Origin: an uncultured Gammaproteobacteria bacterium
GTDB taxonomy: Bacteria; Patescibacteriota; Microgenomatia; Levybacterales; GWA1-39-11
NCBI GenBank assembly: GCA_964409875.1
Contig: CAYPEN010000002.1
Location: forward strand, 274,630 to 338,629
Reading direction: 5' to 3'
DNA: 64,000 bases
The notes under the pieces: generated by a model
Told to the model about the DNA's origin: nothing
Database searches by the model: none
The model's input: the letters and a program-made list of their open reading frames with translations, nothing else
Program-made: the position numbers and the translations under genes
In this document: positions 28,582 through 38,313 of the stretch, one piece after another
Layout of the letters: each line of letters opens with the position of its first letter
Position numbering within the stretch: the first letter of the stretch is position 1

Positions 28582-29421
28582 ATGGTAGGTATGCAAGAAA
28601 TGTTTGTGGTCAAAAAATCGGGGGAGAGGGAGGCGTATGACAAAGAGAAAGTTATCCGCTCCATGAACCGGGTGGGGGTGCCTGATAATTTACAGCCGGA
28701 AGTACTCGAGCACATTCAGACTAAATTTCATGACGGACAGATTTCAACGGACGAGATATTCAAGCACGTTTTGGAATATTTAGAGCCGCGCGATAGAAAG
28801 TCCTCATTACGGTTTAATTTGCGCGAGGCGATATTTGAATTAGGTCCGACCGGATTTCCATTCGAGCAATACTTGGCAAAAATTTTCCGGACGATGGGAT
28901 ACCAAGTCACAACGGACAACATTATGAACGGGGATTGCGTTAGACACGAGATAGATTTGGTGTTGGAGAAAGACAAACACAAAGAAATTGTGGAGGTAAA
29001 ATTCCATAATCACCATGTTGTCAAAACCGACGTGCAGGTCGCACTTTACACGTACGCCAGATTTTTAGATGTGAAGGAAAAAAATAATGTCGACAACGTT
29101 TGGTTAGTCACCAACACCAAATTGACGGCTGATGCTATTTCATATGCCAACTGCAAGGGAATGCCGGTTATTGCCTGGAATTATCCGGAGAAAGGAAATT
29201 TGCAGGATTTGGTGGAGGACCCTCAGATGTATCCGATAACTTTGCTTACCTCTCTTTCAGAGCAGGAAAAAAGACGTCTTATTGAGAAGAACGTTGTATT
29301 TTGCCGCGACCTATTGACCAAAAGTGACATTGAGCTTGCCGACCCGCTTATTAGGAATAACAGTTTACAAAAAGCCAAAGATGATGCACAATTGGTTTGT
29401 CCACTGCCCGAGAGACACTAA
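28582..29421 (+). CDS. ATP-cone domain fused to an Mrr-like restriction endonuclease domain
   Basis: VVKKSGERE.YDKEK; GFPFEQY, HEID, VEVKFH, LVTNTK. Confidence 0.85.
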   Translation: MVGMQEMFVVKKSGEREAYDKEKVIRSMNRVGVPDNLQPEVLEHIQTKFHDGQISTDEIFKHVLEYLEPRDRKSSLRFNLREAIFELGPTGFPFEQYLAKIFRTMGYQVTTDNIMNGDCVRHEIDLVLEKDKHKEIVEVKFHNHHVVKTDVQVALYTYARFLDVKEKNNVDNVWLVTNTKLTADAISYANCKGMPVIAWNYPEKGNLQDLVEDPQMYPITLLTSLSEQEKRRLIEKNVVFCRDLLTKSDIELADPLIRNNSLQKAKDDAQLVCPLPERH

Positions 29422-29423
29422 GT

Positions 29424-30479
29424 ATGGCAACGATAACCCTTCCCGGACTGATAGACATCCACACCCACATGCGTACCCCGGGGCATACGCATAAAGAAGA
29501 TTTTTATACTGGGACACTTGCCGCTCTGAATGGTGGATTTACGACTGTTATTGATATGCCCAATAACGCAATTCCGATAACGACAAAAAAACTTTTGGAT
29601 GAAAAAATAAAAGTGGCTCGTCAGCAGGTAGTCAGTGATATCGGATTTCATTTCGGGAGCCTAGGGAATAATTTAGAAGAATTGAAAAAAGTTTCCAAAA
29701 AAGTTTTTGGTCTAAAGTTATATCTTAATCAAACAACGGGAGGATTTATCATCGGAAAAAAGGAGCTTGCAGATATCTACAATTCTTGGGAGGGTCAGCA
29801 ACCAATCCTTCTTCATGCTGAAGAGGATGTTTTGGATATGGTTTTTGAGATTGTAAAAAAGACAAAGAGGGCAACCCACATCTGTCATGTTTCCTCACAA
29901 ATAGAATTATCAAAAATAGCAAAGGCAAAAGAGAGGGGATTGAAAGTGACATGCGGGGTAACTCCGCATCATCTATTTTTAACTCAGGATGATGAGAAAA
30001 AATTAGGACCATATGGAAAAATGAAACCATTTCTTAAAAGCAAAAAAGATGTGAATTTCCTATGGAGCAACTTTGCATATATCGATATCATCGAGTCGGA
30101 CCATGCTCCACACACGATAAAAGAAAAAGAAAGCGAGGCGCCATTTGGGGTTCCCGGACTTGACACTACCCTCCCCCTTCTCCTGACAAAAGTTGAGGAG
30201 GGAAAATTGACTACTGATGAAATTATACAGTTGTGTCATACAAATCCTGCAAAAATTTTCAATATTCCAACTTCCAATGCAACCAAAATCGAAGTCGACA
30301 TGGAGGAATATGTTTTGACAAAAAAGAATCTGAAAACAAAAGCGGGCTGGTCTCCATTCGAAGGAAGGCGGGTTATCGGAAAAGTAAAAAATATTGCTAT
30401 TCGTGGGAAGAAAGTATTTGAGAATGGAAAATGTATCGAAAAAAAAGGAAACGGAAAAGTGATAACTCCTATTGTTTGA
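29424..30479 (+). CDS. pyrC: Dihydroorotase
   Basis: PGLIDIHTHMR.PG, DMPN, HAE, HICHVS, SDHAPH. Confidence 0.9.
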   Translation: MATITLPGLIDIHTHMRTPGHTHKEDFYTGTLAALNGGFTTVIDMPNNAIPITTKKLLDEKIKVARQQVVSDIGFHFGSLGNNLEELKKVSKKVFGLKLYLNQTTGGFIIGKKELADIYNSWEGQQPILLHAEEDVLDMVFEIVKKTKRATHICHVSSQIELSKIAKAKERGLKVTCGVTPHHLFLTQDDEKKLGPYGKMKPFLKSKKDVNFLWSNFAYIDIIESDHAPHTIKEKESEAPFGVPGLDTTLPLLLTKVEEGKLTTDEIIQLCHTNPAKIFNIPTSNATKIEVDMEEYVLTKKNLKTKAGWSPFEGRRVIGKVKNIAIRGKKVFENGKCIEKKGNGKVITPIV

Positions 30480-30510
30480 AGTTTATTATTGTGAGAATTA
30501 TAATCCGTGT

Positions 30511-31026
30511 ATGACAGTCGAATTCTCAGAAGTTGCAAATATCTACGAAAGGATGAGTCCTTCTGAGCGACAACAAGAACTTTCGCGATTATTACACACA
30601 TTGCCACACCAACTTATCGAAGGAGACGCACAAATCGTTGAAAATGTGCGGCTGTTAAATGATTTGGCAAAGCTATTACAATTTTCTAAAGGAACCTCCG
30701 AATTTGTTACTCATCAATTGAGAGAAGTAGCATATGCAACGGAATTTGGCGTTGAAGCCTTGAAAGAAAAACCCGAAGCGGTAGTTCCGGAGGCTGCGAT
30801 GTTCCCCGGTAGTGTTTTGGTTGATGTAGGAATGGCTGGACAATTCGATGATGCGACCGTTCAGATACCGGAGCAGCGGGAATTATTGCGTCTTGGGAGA
30901 AGGCGGGCAGCTCAGCGGGTTTCACATGATCATTTGCTTTTTGTAGGGTGGTCTACGTCGTACGAAAATAAGTATCACATGCAGCCAACAGACCTGCTTT
31001 TTTTGGAACGGGAGTTGTCTAGGTAG
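30511..31026 (+). CDS. Hypothetical protein
   Basis: ORF with ATG 7 nt after TATAAT. Confidence 0.55.
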   Translation: MTVEFSEVANIYERMSPSERQQELSRLLHTLPHQLIEGDAQIVENVRLLNDLAKLLQFSKGTSEFVTHQLREVAYATEFGVEALKEKPEAVVPEAAMFPGSVLVDVGMAGQFDDATVQIPEQRELLRLGRRRAAQRVSHDHLLFVGWSTSYENKYHMQPTDLLFLERELSR

Positions 31027-32134
31027 TTGTTCTTCCGTGCCAATTCTCAATTATATTAAGAGCAGTATTTTCGCTTTCTTTGATTTCTTGCGCTAGATAT
31101 GGATTCCACATTGCGCCCGTTGCGGACATGACGCTATTAGCTCCAGTAGTAATATATTCAAAATAATCTTCCGATTTCATTACTCCACCTACTCCCTCTA
31201 TGGCAAATGAATACCCATTCTTATTTTTTATGTCTTTTAGTTTGCGAACTGTTTCAAGACCAGCCCATTTAATTGTTGCGCCACAAACTCCACTCCTGCT
31301 GCGGTTTTTGCCGGGGAGCGCCTGATTACCGTTTTTATCAATAATCTCGGTTTGCAATGTGTTAATTCCCGAAATGCCATCTGCATATTTATTGGCAATT
31401 TCAGCAAGGCTTGCAAGCTGCATGTCGTCTTTGTAATATCCTATTTTTATAATAAGCGGTGTATTTCCAATAACATTTCGTACTGCGTCACAAACCTTCT
31501 CGGTAACATCTAAGTTGTAGCAGACCAACCCTTCGTTCCCGATATTAGGACATGACAGATTAGTTTCCAAAATCTTTGCTCCGGTTTCTAAAGACAGCTT
31601 TGCTGCAAGGGCGTAATCCTCAATAAATTCCTCCTGTGTCTGATGTTCTCTCACTGTTCCCATAAAACTCAAAACCAATGCTTGGCCATGCCCGACATAT
31701 CCGAGTGCTTTTTTGACATCTGCCTGCCATTCGTCTGGCTTTTTTGATGGGACACCAAATGAATTCGTAATTGATAAGGGTTCCTGGTAATTAGTATCAG
31801 CAATAAGTTTTTCCTGGGTTTTCTCAATAGTTAAATTGCCATCGATGTTTACCGATAATACGTTTGGGAATGGGTGGCAGGGGAAAAAATCAGAGCGTAC
31901 CGTTTTATAGACCACAATATCAAATCCTTTTTCAAAAGCTGCTTTTGCAAAATTGCTGTTAATTATCGGTCCTGCCGGAATGCCGAATGGGAGGAATATT
32001 TTTTGTCCAAAAAAATCATAGGTTGGTGTCCCTTGTTGTTGATAAACGTTTCCGTTGGAGAAATCGCCGAACGGACCGTTTTGGTAATTCTCCTCATAGC
32101 TTTTTGTCGGGTCGTAAAAAGGTTTATGAAGCAT
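31019..32134 (-). CDS. Dihydroorotate dehydrogenase-like flavoprotein
   Basis: PFGIPAGP, YKT, NSFG, NLSCPN, KIG, INT, GVGGV. Confidence 0.82.
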   Translation of the reverse strand: MLHKPFYDPTKSYEENYQNGPFGDFSNGNVYQQQGTPTYDFFGQKIFLPFGIPAGPIINSNFAKAAFEKGFDIVVYKTVRSDFFPCHPFPNVLSVNIDGNLTIEKTQEKLIADTNYQEPLSITNSFGVPSKKPDEWQADVKKALGYVGHGQALVLSFMGTVREHQTQEEFIEDYALAAKLSLETGAKILETNLSCPNIGNEGLVCYNLDVTEKVCDAVRNVIGNTPLIIKIGYYKDDMQLASLAEIANKYADGISGINTLQTEIIDKNGNQALPGKNRSRSGVCGATIKWAGLETVRKLKDIKNKNGYSFAIEGVGGVMKSEDYFEYITTGANSVMSATGAMWNPYLAQEIKESENTALNIIENWHGRTTT

Positions 32135-32264
32135 GAGGGTAGAGTATCAGAAGGTTTTTCGTTAGTCAAATGTGAAAAATGCGTTATTGAAAGATACGGG
32201 TTTGATAATAATTGGAAATTTCAATTGACGAATCATAAGGTGTTGATATATAGTAGTATAGTCC

Positions 32265-32750
32265 ATGAGATTTTTGAAAAGGTTACTCGGAATACTCCCG
32301 CTATCACACGCTTTTGCTCATTGTGATATCCCTTGTAAGATTTACGACCCATACACTGCACAAGTAGCTGCACATTCGGTTTTGCGGATGACACAAATGC
32401 TTGAAGAGGCAAAAGCAATGCCTGATGATATTGCCCGCGAGCACCATATAGCGCGCATTACAAAAGTCAAAGAAGAACATGCTGAAATTGTAAAACACGA
32501 GGTGAGAGTTATTTGGGGGGATTACTTTAAAGAAGAGCAAATGGCAAAAGTACCACAGATAAATGAATTGGTTCATAACATTATGATGTCTACATCAAAG
32601 ACAAAACAGGAAATAAATAGTGACGAAGCAAAAAAATTACTATCGCTTGTCCAGGATTTTGCAGAAAAGTTCTACATGACAAAAGGATTTGAGACAATGA
32701 GAATTCCTTCCGGTTTTCCAACGGAGGGAGAATTAGTAATTCACAAATAA
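32265..32750 (+). CDS. sodN: Nickel superoxide dismutase precursor
   Basis: Ni-hook HCDIPCKIYDP after an 18-aa leader; KEEHAE.VK..V..IWGDYFK. Confidence 0.95.
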   Translation: MRFLKRLLGILPLSHAFAHCDIPCKIYDPYTAQVAAHSVLRMTQMLEEAKAMPDDIAREHHIARITKVKEEHAEIVKHEVRVIWGDYFKEEQMAKVPQINELVHNIMMSTSKTKQEINSDEAKKLLSLVQDFAEKFYMTKGFETMRIPSGFPTEGELVIHK

Positions 32751-33025
32751 TGCTTCTCGGTTTTTTTAAAGTCTCCGGACACAGTATGCTGCCGAAATTT
32801 TCTCCAGACGATATAATTATTGTGAGCACCCTCCCCTATCTTTTTACAAGTCCCAAAGTGGGAGATGTCATTTTATTTAAAAAAAACGGAAAAAATTTTC
32901 TCAAAAGGATACGTAATATTCAGGAAAAGAAAATAGCGGTTCAGGGGGACAACAAAAAAGATAGCCTTGTGGTTTCTGACATAGAGAAAAAAGATATCAT
33001 TGGGAAAATACTTATTAAATTATAA
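32750..33025 (+). CDS. sodX: Ni-SOD maturation protease (S26-like)
   Basis: VSGHSMLP, KRI, GDN..DS; overlaps the sodN stop. Confidence 0.88.
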   Translation: MLLGFFKVSGHSMLPKFSPDDIIIVSTLPYLFTSPKVGDVILFKKNGKNFLKRIRNIQEKKIAVQGDNKKDSLVVSDIEKKDIIGKILIKL

Positions 33026-33525
33026 TGTTGCTAAGTTTTTTTGGAATTATTATTCTTATTGTTCTTTTTACTTTTGTGTGGCCACCGGATAGCCCATGGA
33101 GTCCATGGTGGAGGACTAGAAAGAGGGTTGCAAGAAAGGCATGTAGGCTTGCAGAAATAACAGACAAAGATGTTGTATATGAATTAGGAAGCGGGGATGG
33201 AGAGTTCATTTTAACTGCTGCCAATGAGTTCCGTGCAAAAAAAGCCGTAGGGATAGAAATTGATTATTCCCGTTATTTTATATCTGTCACACGGAATTAT
33301 TTCAAAAAAAGAAAGGTAAAATTTGTAAGAAAAGACTTTAAAAAAGTAAAATTGAATGATGCGACAGTTGTATATTTTTATCTTGTCCCCGCCGTTATAA
33401 AGCGCATCATGCCAAAACTAAAGAAAGAATTAAAACCGGGAACAAAAATCATAAGCTATAGATACGAAGTCCCATTAGAACATAAAAAGCAAGATACGAG
33501 CGGTCTTTTCCTCTATATTATCTAA
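33025..33525 (+). CDS. SAM-dependent methyltransferase with N-terminal membrane anchor
   Basis: YELGSGDG, GIEID, ELKPGTKIIS. Confidence 0.88.
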   Translation: MLLSFFGIIILIVLFTFVWPPDSPWSPWWRTRKRVARKACRLAEITDKDVVYELGSGDGEFILTAANEFRAKKAVGIEIDYSRYFISVTRNYFKKRKVKFVRKDFKKVKLNDATVVYFYLVPAVIKRIMPKLKKELKPGTKIISYRYEVPLEHKKQDTSGLFLYII

Positions 33526-34555
33526 ATAGAGTACGTGCCCTTAGATATGCCCAGCGGGTTTTGTCAGCAACTTTATACAATTGATACAGAACAGGATTAA
33601 TTACCAGATCAAAACTTCCGACAAACTCTGTGTGAGTTGCCCCATACCCTTCCTTAAATTTATGGAAGCCGTACCATGGGTCTTTCGTGTTTGGTTCCCC
33701 TCCTAATGCACCCCACATATCAAAATATTTTAAACCCAATTTTTTTCCAAAACGGATAGCTTCCCACATGATAAGATTTGAAGCCATAACGTTCCGGTAT
33801 TTAGATGAAGATGCACCGTACGGATAATATAAATAATCTTTAAAAACAAAAAGTATCCAGGAGGCAAGTGTTTCTTCATTCCCTGCCTCGGTTTTATAAA
33901 TGGCTCGGAGAAGGTGTGCTGAAAGGGAATTTGTATCAATGGTTTTTTTATTACCAAGAGTTTCCCACATTTTGGTGTGATATGTTGGAGTGTGGGCAAA
34001 GAACCGTTGGCGGGTGGTTGTCTCTTTGGTAAGTTGTAAATATTTTTTAAAAGCACTTTCGGAATTTTCAATCTCCACTTTCACATTATGTTTTTTTGCT
34101 ACTTTGATGTTATAACGCGTTTTCGGATGAAAACTTTTTAAAAGTTCTTCTTCTCTTTTCGATATATCAAGGATGAAAGTAAATTTTGTAAAAAGAGGAT
34201 GAAATGAGGGACGCAAATGCGCCATGTTGAAATTGTTTTCGGATGCTTTGATATTTGGTTCGAGCTGTACAAAAATACATTTATTTTCCTTCCCGATTTT
34301 TTGTAGTTCCAAAATAACCTCCTTTGTCGGATTATTTCCTTTCGGTAAATACCCTATTGTGAAGTTTGTTTTTGGAACTTTATGAATTGTAACAGTAAAT
34401 CCATCAACTATTTTTCCTGCCCTGACAAACCCGCGCCGTATCACTCTAACTCCCGTCTTCTCCCGGAATTCTCCCCATTCATATGATTGAAGAGGGTGAG
34501 AAACAACAGCGTTATAGTCGCTTTTTTGTGCTTTTGTTATTTCTACAACATCCAT
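33518..34555 (-). CDS. FemAB/FemX-family peptidoglycan bridge peptidyltransferase
   Basis: HPLQSYEWGEF, KTRYNI, YPYGASS, FDMWG, GFHKFKEGYG. Confidence 0.92.
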   Translation of the reverse strand: MDVVEITKAQKSDYNAVVSHPLQSYEWGEFREKTGVRVIRRGFVRAGKIVDGFTVTIHKVPKTNFTIGYLPKGNNPTKEVILELQKIGKENKCIFVQLEPNIKASENNFNMAHLRPSFHPLFTKFTFILDISKREEELLKSFHPKTRYNIKVAKKHNVKVEIENSESAFKKYLQLTKETTTRQRFFAHTPTYHTKMWETLGNKKTIDTNSLSAHLLRAIYKTEAGNEETLASWILFVFKDYLYYPYGASSSKYRNVMASNLIMWEAIRFGKKLGLKYFDMWGALGGEPNTKDPWYGFHKFKEGYGATHTEFVGSFDLVINPVLYQLYKVADKTRWAYLRARTLFR

Positions 34556-34556
34556 A

Positions 34557-36410
34557 TCACCAGTATTCGTTATTTATAATGCTCGTGTCAACATTGTTGT
34601 AAGAAAGCACTTCTTCGGGTAATTCAAATATAAACCGGGAAGGAGTTGCAGTGTTCCTTTGTCCAAAAATAACCCTTTGTTTTGCGTACGTAAGATACAA
34701 ATGTTCTTTTGCCCGAGTTACGCCCACATAGCATAGTCTGCGTTCTTCCTCGATATCTCCGTAGTCAAATAGTGCTTGCGCATGAGGAAAAACTCCTTCT
34801 TCGAGCCCGACAATAAATACCATCCGGAATTCCAATCCTTTTGCTGCATGCATCGTCATAAGAGTCACTGCATCATCATTGTCAGATACTCTTTGTCCAT
34901 CCGGCATATATTCTTGCTCAACCAGGGCTACGTTTTCAAGAAATGATATGAGATTTGGAAATTCGATGGCAACGGAACGGAGCTCTTTTATATTTTCAAG
35001 GCGCGCTCTATCCTCAACATCTTCCGGATCATATCTCTCAAGGTACAATGAGCGCTTGAGTACTTCATCAATTATTTCAAGTGTCTCCTTTGTCTCTATA
35101 TAATTTCCCTCATTGAACTCCTGTCTGTAAAACTCAAATTCTTCAAACCGTTTTTTGCCTAATTTTTGAAGCCTTTTAAGAGCTGCCGCATCCATAGGGT
35201 TTGCAAGATACGAAAGGAATGAGAGGACATCCTTTACCTCTTTCCTGTCGTAAAACCGCACACCTCCGACAAGTTTGTATGGGATACCAAAATGCAGAAA
35301 AACCTCCTCAATCGTTCTGGACTGCGCATTCATGCGGTATAAAATTGCAACATCGGAAAGGCTGAACTCAGGATCAAAACGTTTCTTGTTGTTTATCGTT
35401 TTAACAATATATTCGGCTTCTTTATGCTCATTGTCCGCTTCGAAAATGCTGATTTCCTCGCCCGCTTTGTTGTCTGTCCAGAGTTGGAGTACAGGATGAG
35501 ACGAATTATTGGAAATAATAGCATATGCAGCATCCAAAATGGTTTGAGTAGAGCGGTAGTTTTGGGAAAGCTTAAAAACTTTTGCGTTGGGAAAGTCTGT
35601 CCTGAATTTTTCAAGATTTTTATAATCTGCTCCTCTAAATGAATAGATACTTTGCGAGAAATCACCGACGATACAGATATTGTTGTGTTTTCCACCTAAG
35701 TATTTGGTCAAGCGGAATTGGCTTATGTTAGTATCCTGATACTCATCAACAAGGATATATTGAAACCGTTCCTGGTAATATTCGAGAATAGATGGAGCCT
35801 GTTTGAACAATTCAATAACCTTATTTAAAAGATCATCGAAATCAACAGCATTTCTTTCTGCAAGTAGCGTTTGATAAAGCGGATAGATTTTTGCAACCCT
35901 TTCCTGTATGTACCCCCTTGCATATTGTGCGTATTGGACTGGTTCTATCATTTGATTTTTTGCAGCAGAAATTGCCTCAAGAGCAGCTTTGGGACGGATG
36001 TCTTTTGGGGATAATTCCAATTTTTCAAGACAATCCTTAATGGTATCCAGTTGGTCAGCGGTATCATAAATGACGAAATTGTGAGGAATTCCGATAGCAA
36101 CCCCATTTCTTCTCAGAATCTTCGCGCACAGGGAATGAAAGGTCGCAACAGTGGGTTCTTCGGATGTCTTTTTAAATAATTGGAGCACGTTTCGTATCCT
36201 TTCCTTCATTTCTCCTGCAGCTTTATTTGAGAACGTGACCATGAGAATGTTTTGCGCAGGAATCCCCTTTTCGACCATTAGGTACAACACTTTATGCACA
36301 AGCACCCTTGTCTTACCGCTTCCTGCACCGGCCAAAACAATGGTTGGTCCTTCTGTATTGATGACTGCCTCTTTCTGTTCCGGATTTAATTTATTGAGAA
36401 TGTCTTCCAT
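34557..36410 (-). CDS. pcrA: UvrD/PcrA helicase
   Basis: AGAGSGKT, VDEYQDTN, QSIYSFRGA, NYRS, HAAKGLEF, EEERRLCYVG.TRA. Confidence 0.95.
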   Translation of the reverse strand: MEDILNKLNPEQKEAVINTEGPTIVLAGAGSGKTRVLVHKVLYLMVEKGIPAQNILMVTFSNKAAGEMKERIRNVLQLFKKTSEEPTVATFHSLCAKILRRNGVAIGIPHNFVIYDTADQLDTIKDCLEKLELSPKDIRPKAALEAISAAKNQMIEPVQYAQYARGYIQERVAKIYPLYQTLLAERNAVDFDDLLNKVIELFKQAPSILEYYQERFQYILVDEYQDTNISQFRLTKYLGGKHNNICIVGDFSQSIYSFRGADYKNLEKFRTDFPNAKVFKLSQNYRSTQTILDAAYAIISNNSSHPVLQLWTDNKAGEEISIFEADNEHKEAEYIVKTINNKKRFDPEFSLSDVAILYRMNAQSRTIEEVFLHFGIPYKLVGGVRFYDRKEVKDVLSFLSYLANPMDAAALKRLQKLGKKRFEEFEFYRQEFNEGNYIETKETLEIIDEVLKRSLYLERYDPEDVEDRARLENIKELRSVAIEFPNLISFLENVALVEQEYMPDGQRVSDNDDAVTLMTMHAAKGLEFRMVFIVGLEEGVFPHAQALFDYGDIEEERRLCYVGVTRAKEHLYLTYAKQRVIFGQRNTATPSRFIFELPEEVLSYNNVDTSIINNEYW

Positions 36411-36493
36411 TTACTGCTATAATTTATCTACGTTGAAATACAAGTTTTGGTGTGTATAATTATACGCTACTCAAAACCTGAAACCTATTCCTC

Positions 36494-37156
36494 ATGAACA
36501 AAAAATTCTATATAGCCAATTGGAAATCCCACAAAACAGAGGATGAGGCTTTGTCTTTTTTTGAAACCTTTCAGAATGGGATTTTGGAAAAAAATCTATC
36601 GGATAAAGAGGTAGTTATCGCACCACCTTTCACTTTACTTGCAAAATGCCGTCATCTTGTAGATGAATATAAGCTTCCTATAAGCCTTTGTGGGCAGAAT
36701 GCTTCTTCGTATCCTGAAGGCGCATATACGGGGGAAGTGAGCGCTCGTCAAGTTAAAGAGTTTGCATCATATGTTATTGTTGGACATTCCGAAAGAAGAA
36801 GGTATTTACACGAATCTGAGAGTGATATCGAAAATAAAGTGCGGGAGGCCATAGAACAAGGGCTTACTGTGGTTCAATGTATCCAGGATGAAAATGATGT
36901 AGTGCATCATGGTGTTGGTATTGTAGCGTACGAGCCACCAAGTGCTATTGGCACCGGTAATCCCGATACTCCCGAGCATATAGCGGAAGTGTTTGATGTT
37001 ATAACATCACAAAATCCAACCGTTAGCGTGCTTTATGGAGGAAGTGTAGCACCGGAAAATATTCAGAAATTTTTGCAAATTGAAAAGTTAGACGGATTTC
37101 TTATCGGAGGCGCAAGCCTTGAAGCCGATTCCTTCTTGCAACTTCTTTCATGGTAA
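36494..37156 (+). CDS. tpiA: Triosephosphate isomerase
   Basis: ANWK, GAYTGE, GHSERR, AYEP..AIGTG, YGGSV, IGGASL. Confidence 0.96.
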   Translation: MNKKFYIANWKSHKTEDEALSFFETFQNGILEKNLSDKEVVIAPPFTLLAKCRHLVDEYKLPISLCGQNASSYPEGAYTGEVSARQVKEFASYVIVGHSERRRYLHESESDIENKVREAIEQGLTVVQCIQDENDVVHHGVGIVAYEPPSAIGTGNPDTPEHIAEVFDVITSQNPTVSVLYGGSVAPENIQKFLQIEKLDGFLIGGASLEADSFLQLLSW

Positions 37157-38313
37157 AAGAAACAAAACTCCAGAAAAAAAACATTTTGCTGCTTGTCGGT
37201 GTTGTTGCACTTATTCTTATTGGTATTTTTAGAACCCAAATCAATACGCTTCTTGGGCTTTTTTATGGGGTTGCAATAGACAAAGCAATTCATTTGACAA
37301 AACCGCAAAAAGAATCTTTCAATTTGTTATTAATGGGAATAGGAGGAGGAAAACATGATGGGCCTAACTTAACGGATACAATTATTATGACCAATATAAA
37401 TGTAAAAACCAAGAAGGTGTCAATGTTCTCAATTCCCAGGGACTTATGGATTCCTGATGCTCATGACAAAATAAATGCAATATATGCGTACGCACAAAAA
37501 GATAATAAGGGACTCCAGTCGGCACGGGAAGCACTGCAAAAAGTGACAGGGCAGAGCGCAGATTACATAATAGTTTTGGATTTTGAAGGATTTACAAAAA
37601 TGGTGGATTACCTTGGTGGAATTGATGTAAATGTTGAGCGGACATTTCAGGATTATGAATATCCGATTTCAGGAGAGGAGGAAAATACATGCGGTAAGAA
37701 TGAGGATGAGTTGAAAGCATTAGCGACGGCATCATCGCAACTTGAAGCATTCCCTTGCCGTTATAAGACAATTTCATTTACGAAAGGATTAACAACAATG
37801 GATGGTGAAACTGCGTTGGAGTATGTGAGGAGTAGACACGGAAATAACGGGGAAGGAAGTGATTTTGCAAGGAGTAAGAGACAAGAATTGGTTATAGGTG
37901 CTCTTAAAGAAAAGGCTTTTTCATTAGGGGTAATACTCAATCCTGTAAAGCTCATTGGCATATATAATATTTTGAAAGCTAATATTAATACCGATATAAA
38001 TCCGGATAAAATAGATGATTTTATAAAACTTGCGCAAAAATTAAAGGAGGGACAGATTAAAAGCTATGTTATTGACCAGGGAAATGCATCCGAAAAGCGA
38101 TACGGGCTTCTGATAAACCCTCCGATAACTGAGGAATATGCTTTTAAGTGGGTTTTATCTCCGCGACTTGGAAACGGGAACTTTACCGAAATTCAGCAAT
38201 ATGTATCCTGCAGTATTTTAAGCGAGACATGTTCTGTTGGAGAAAATGGGATTATTACACCAACTCCGACACTTAAGGTTAGCCCGTCAGACACCTCGAC
38301 TATAAAGAGATAA
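37150..38313 (+). CDS. LCP (LytR-CpsA-Psr) family protein
   Basis: TDTI, SIPRD, KINA, YVRSRH, SDFARSKRQ. Confidence 0.93.
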   Translation: MVKETKLQKKNILLLVGVVALILIGIFRTQINTLLGLFYGVAIDKAIHLTKPQKESFNLLLMGIGGGKHDGPNLTDTIIMTNINVKTKKVSMFSIPRDLWIPDAHDKINAIYAYAQKDNKGLQSAREALQKVTGQSADYIIVLDFEGFTKMVDYLGGIDVNVERTFQDYEYPISGEEENTCGKNEDELKALATASSQLEAFPCRYKTISFTKGLTTMDGETALEYVRSRHGNNGEGSDFARSKRQELVIGALKEKAFSLGVILNPVKLIGIYNILKANINTDINPDKIDDFIKLAQKLKEGQIKSYVIDQGNASEKRYGLLINPPITEEYAFKWVLSPRLGNGNFTEIQQYVSCSILSETCSVGENGIITPTPTLKVSPSDTSTIKR

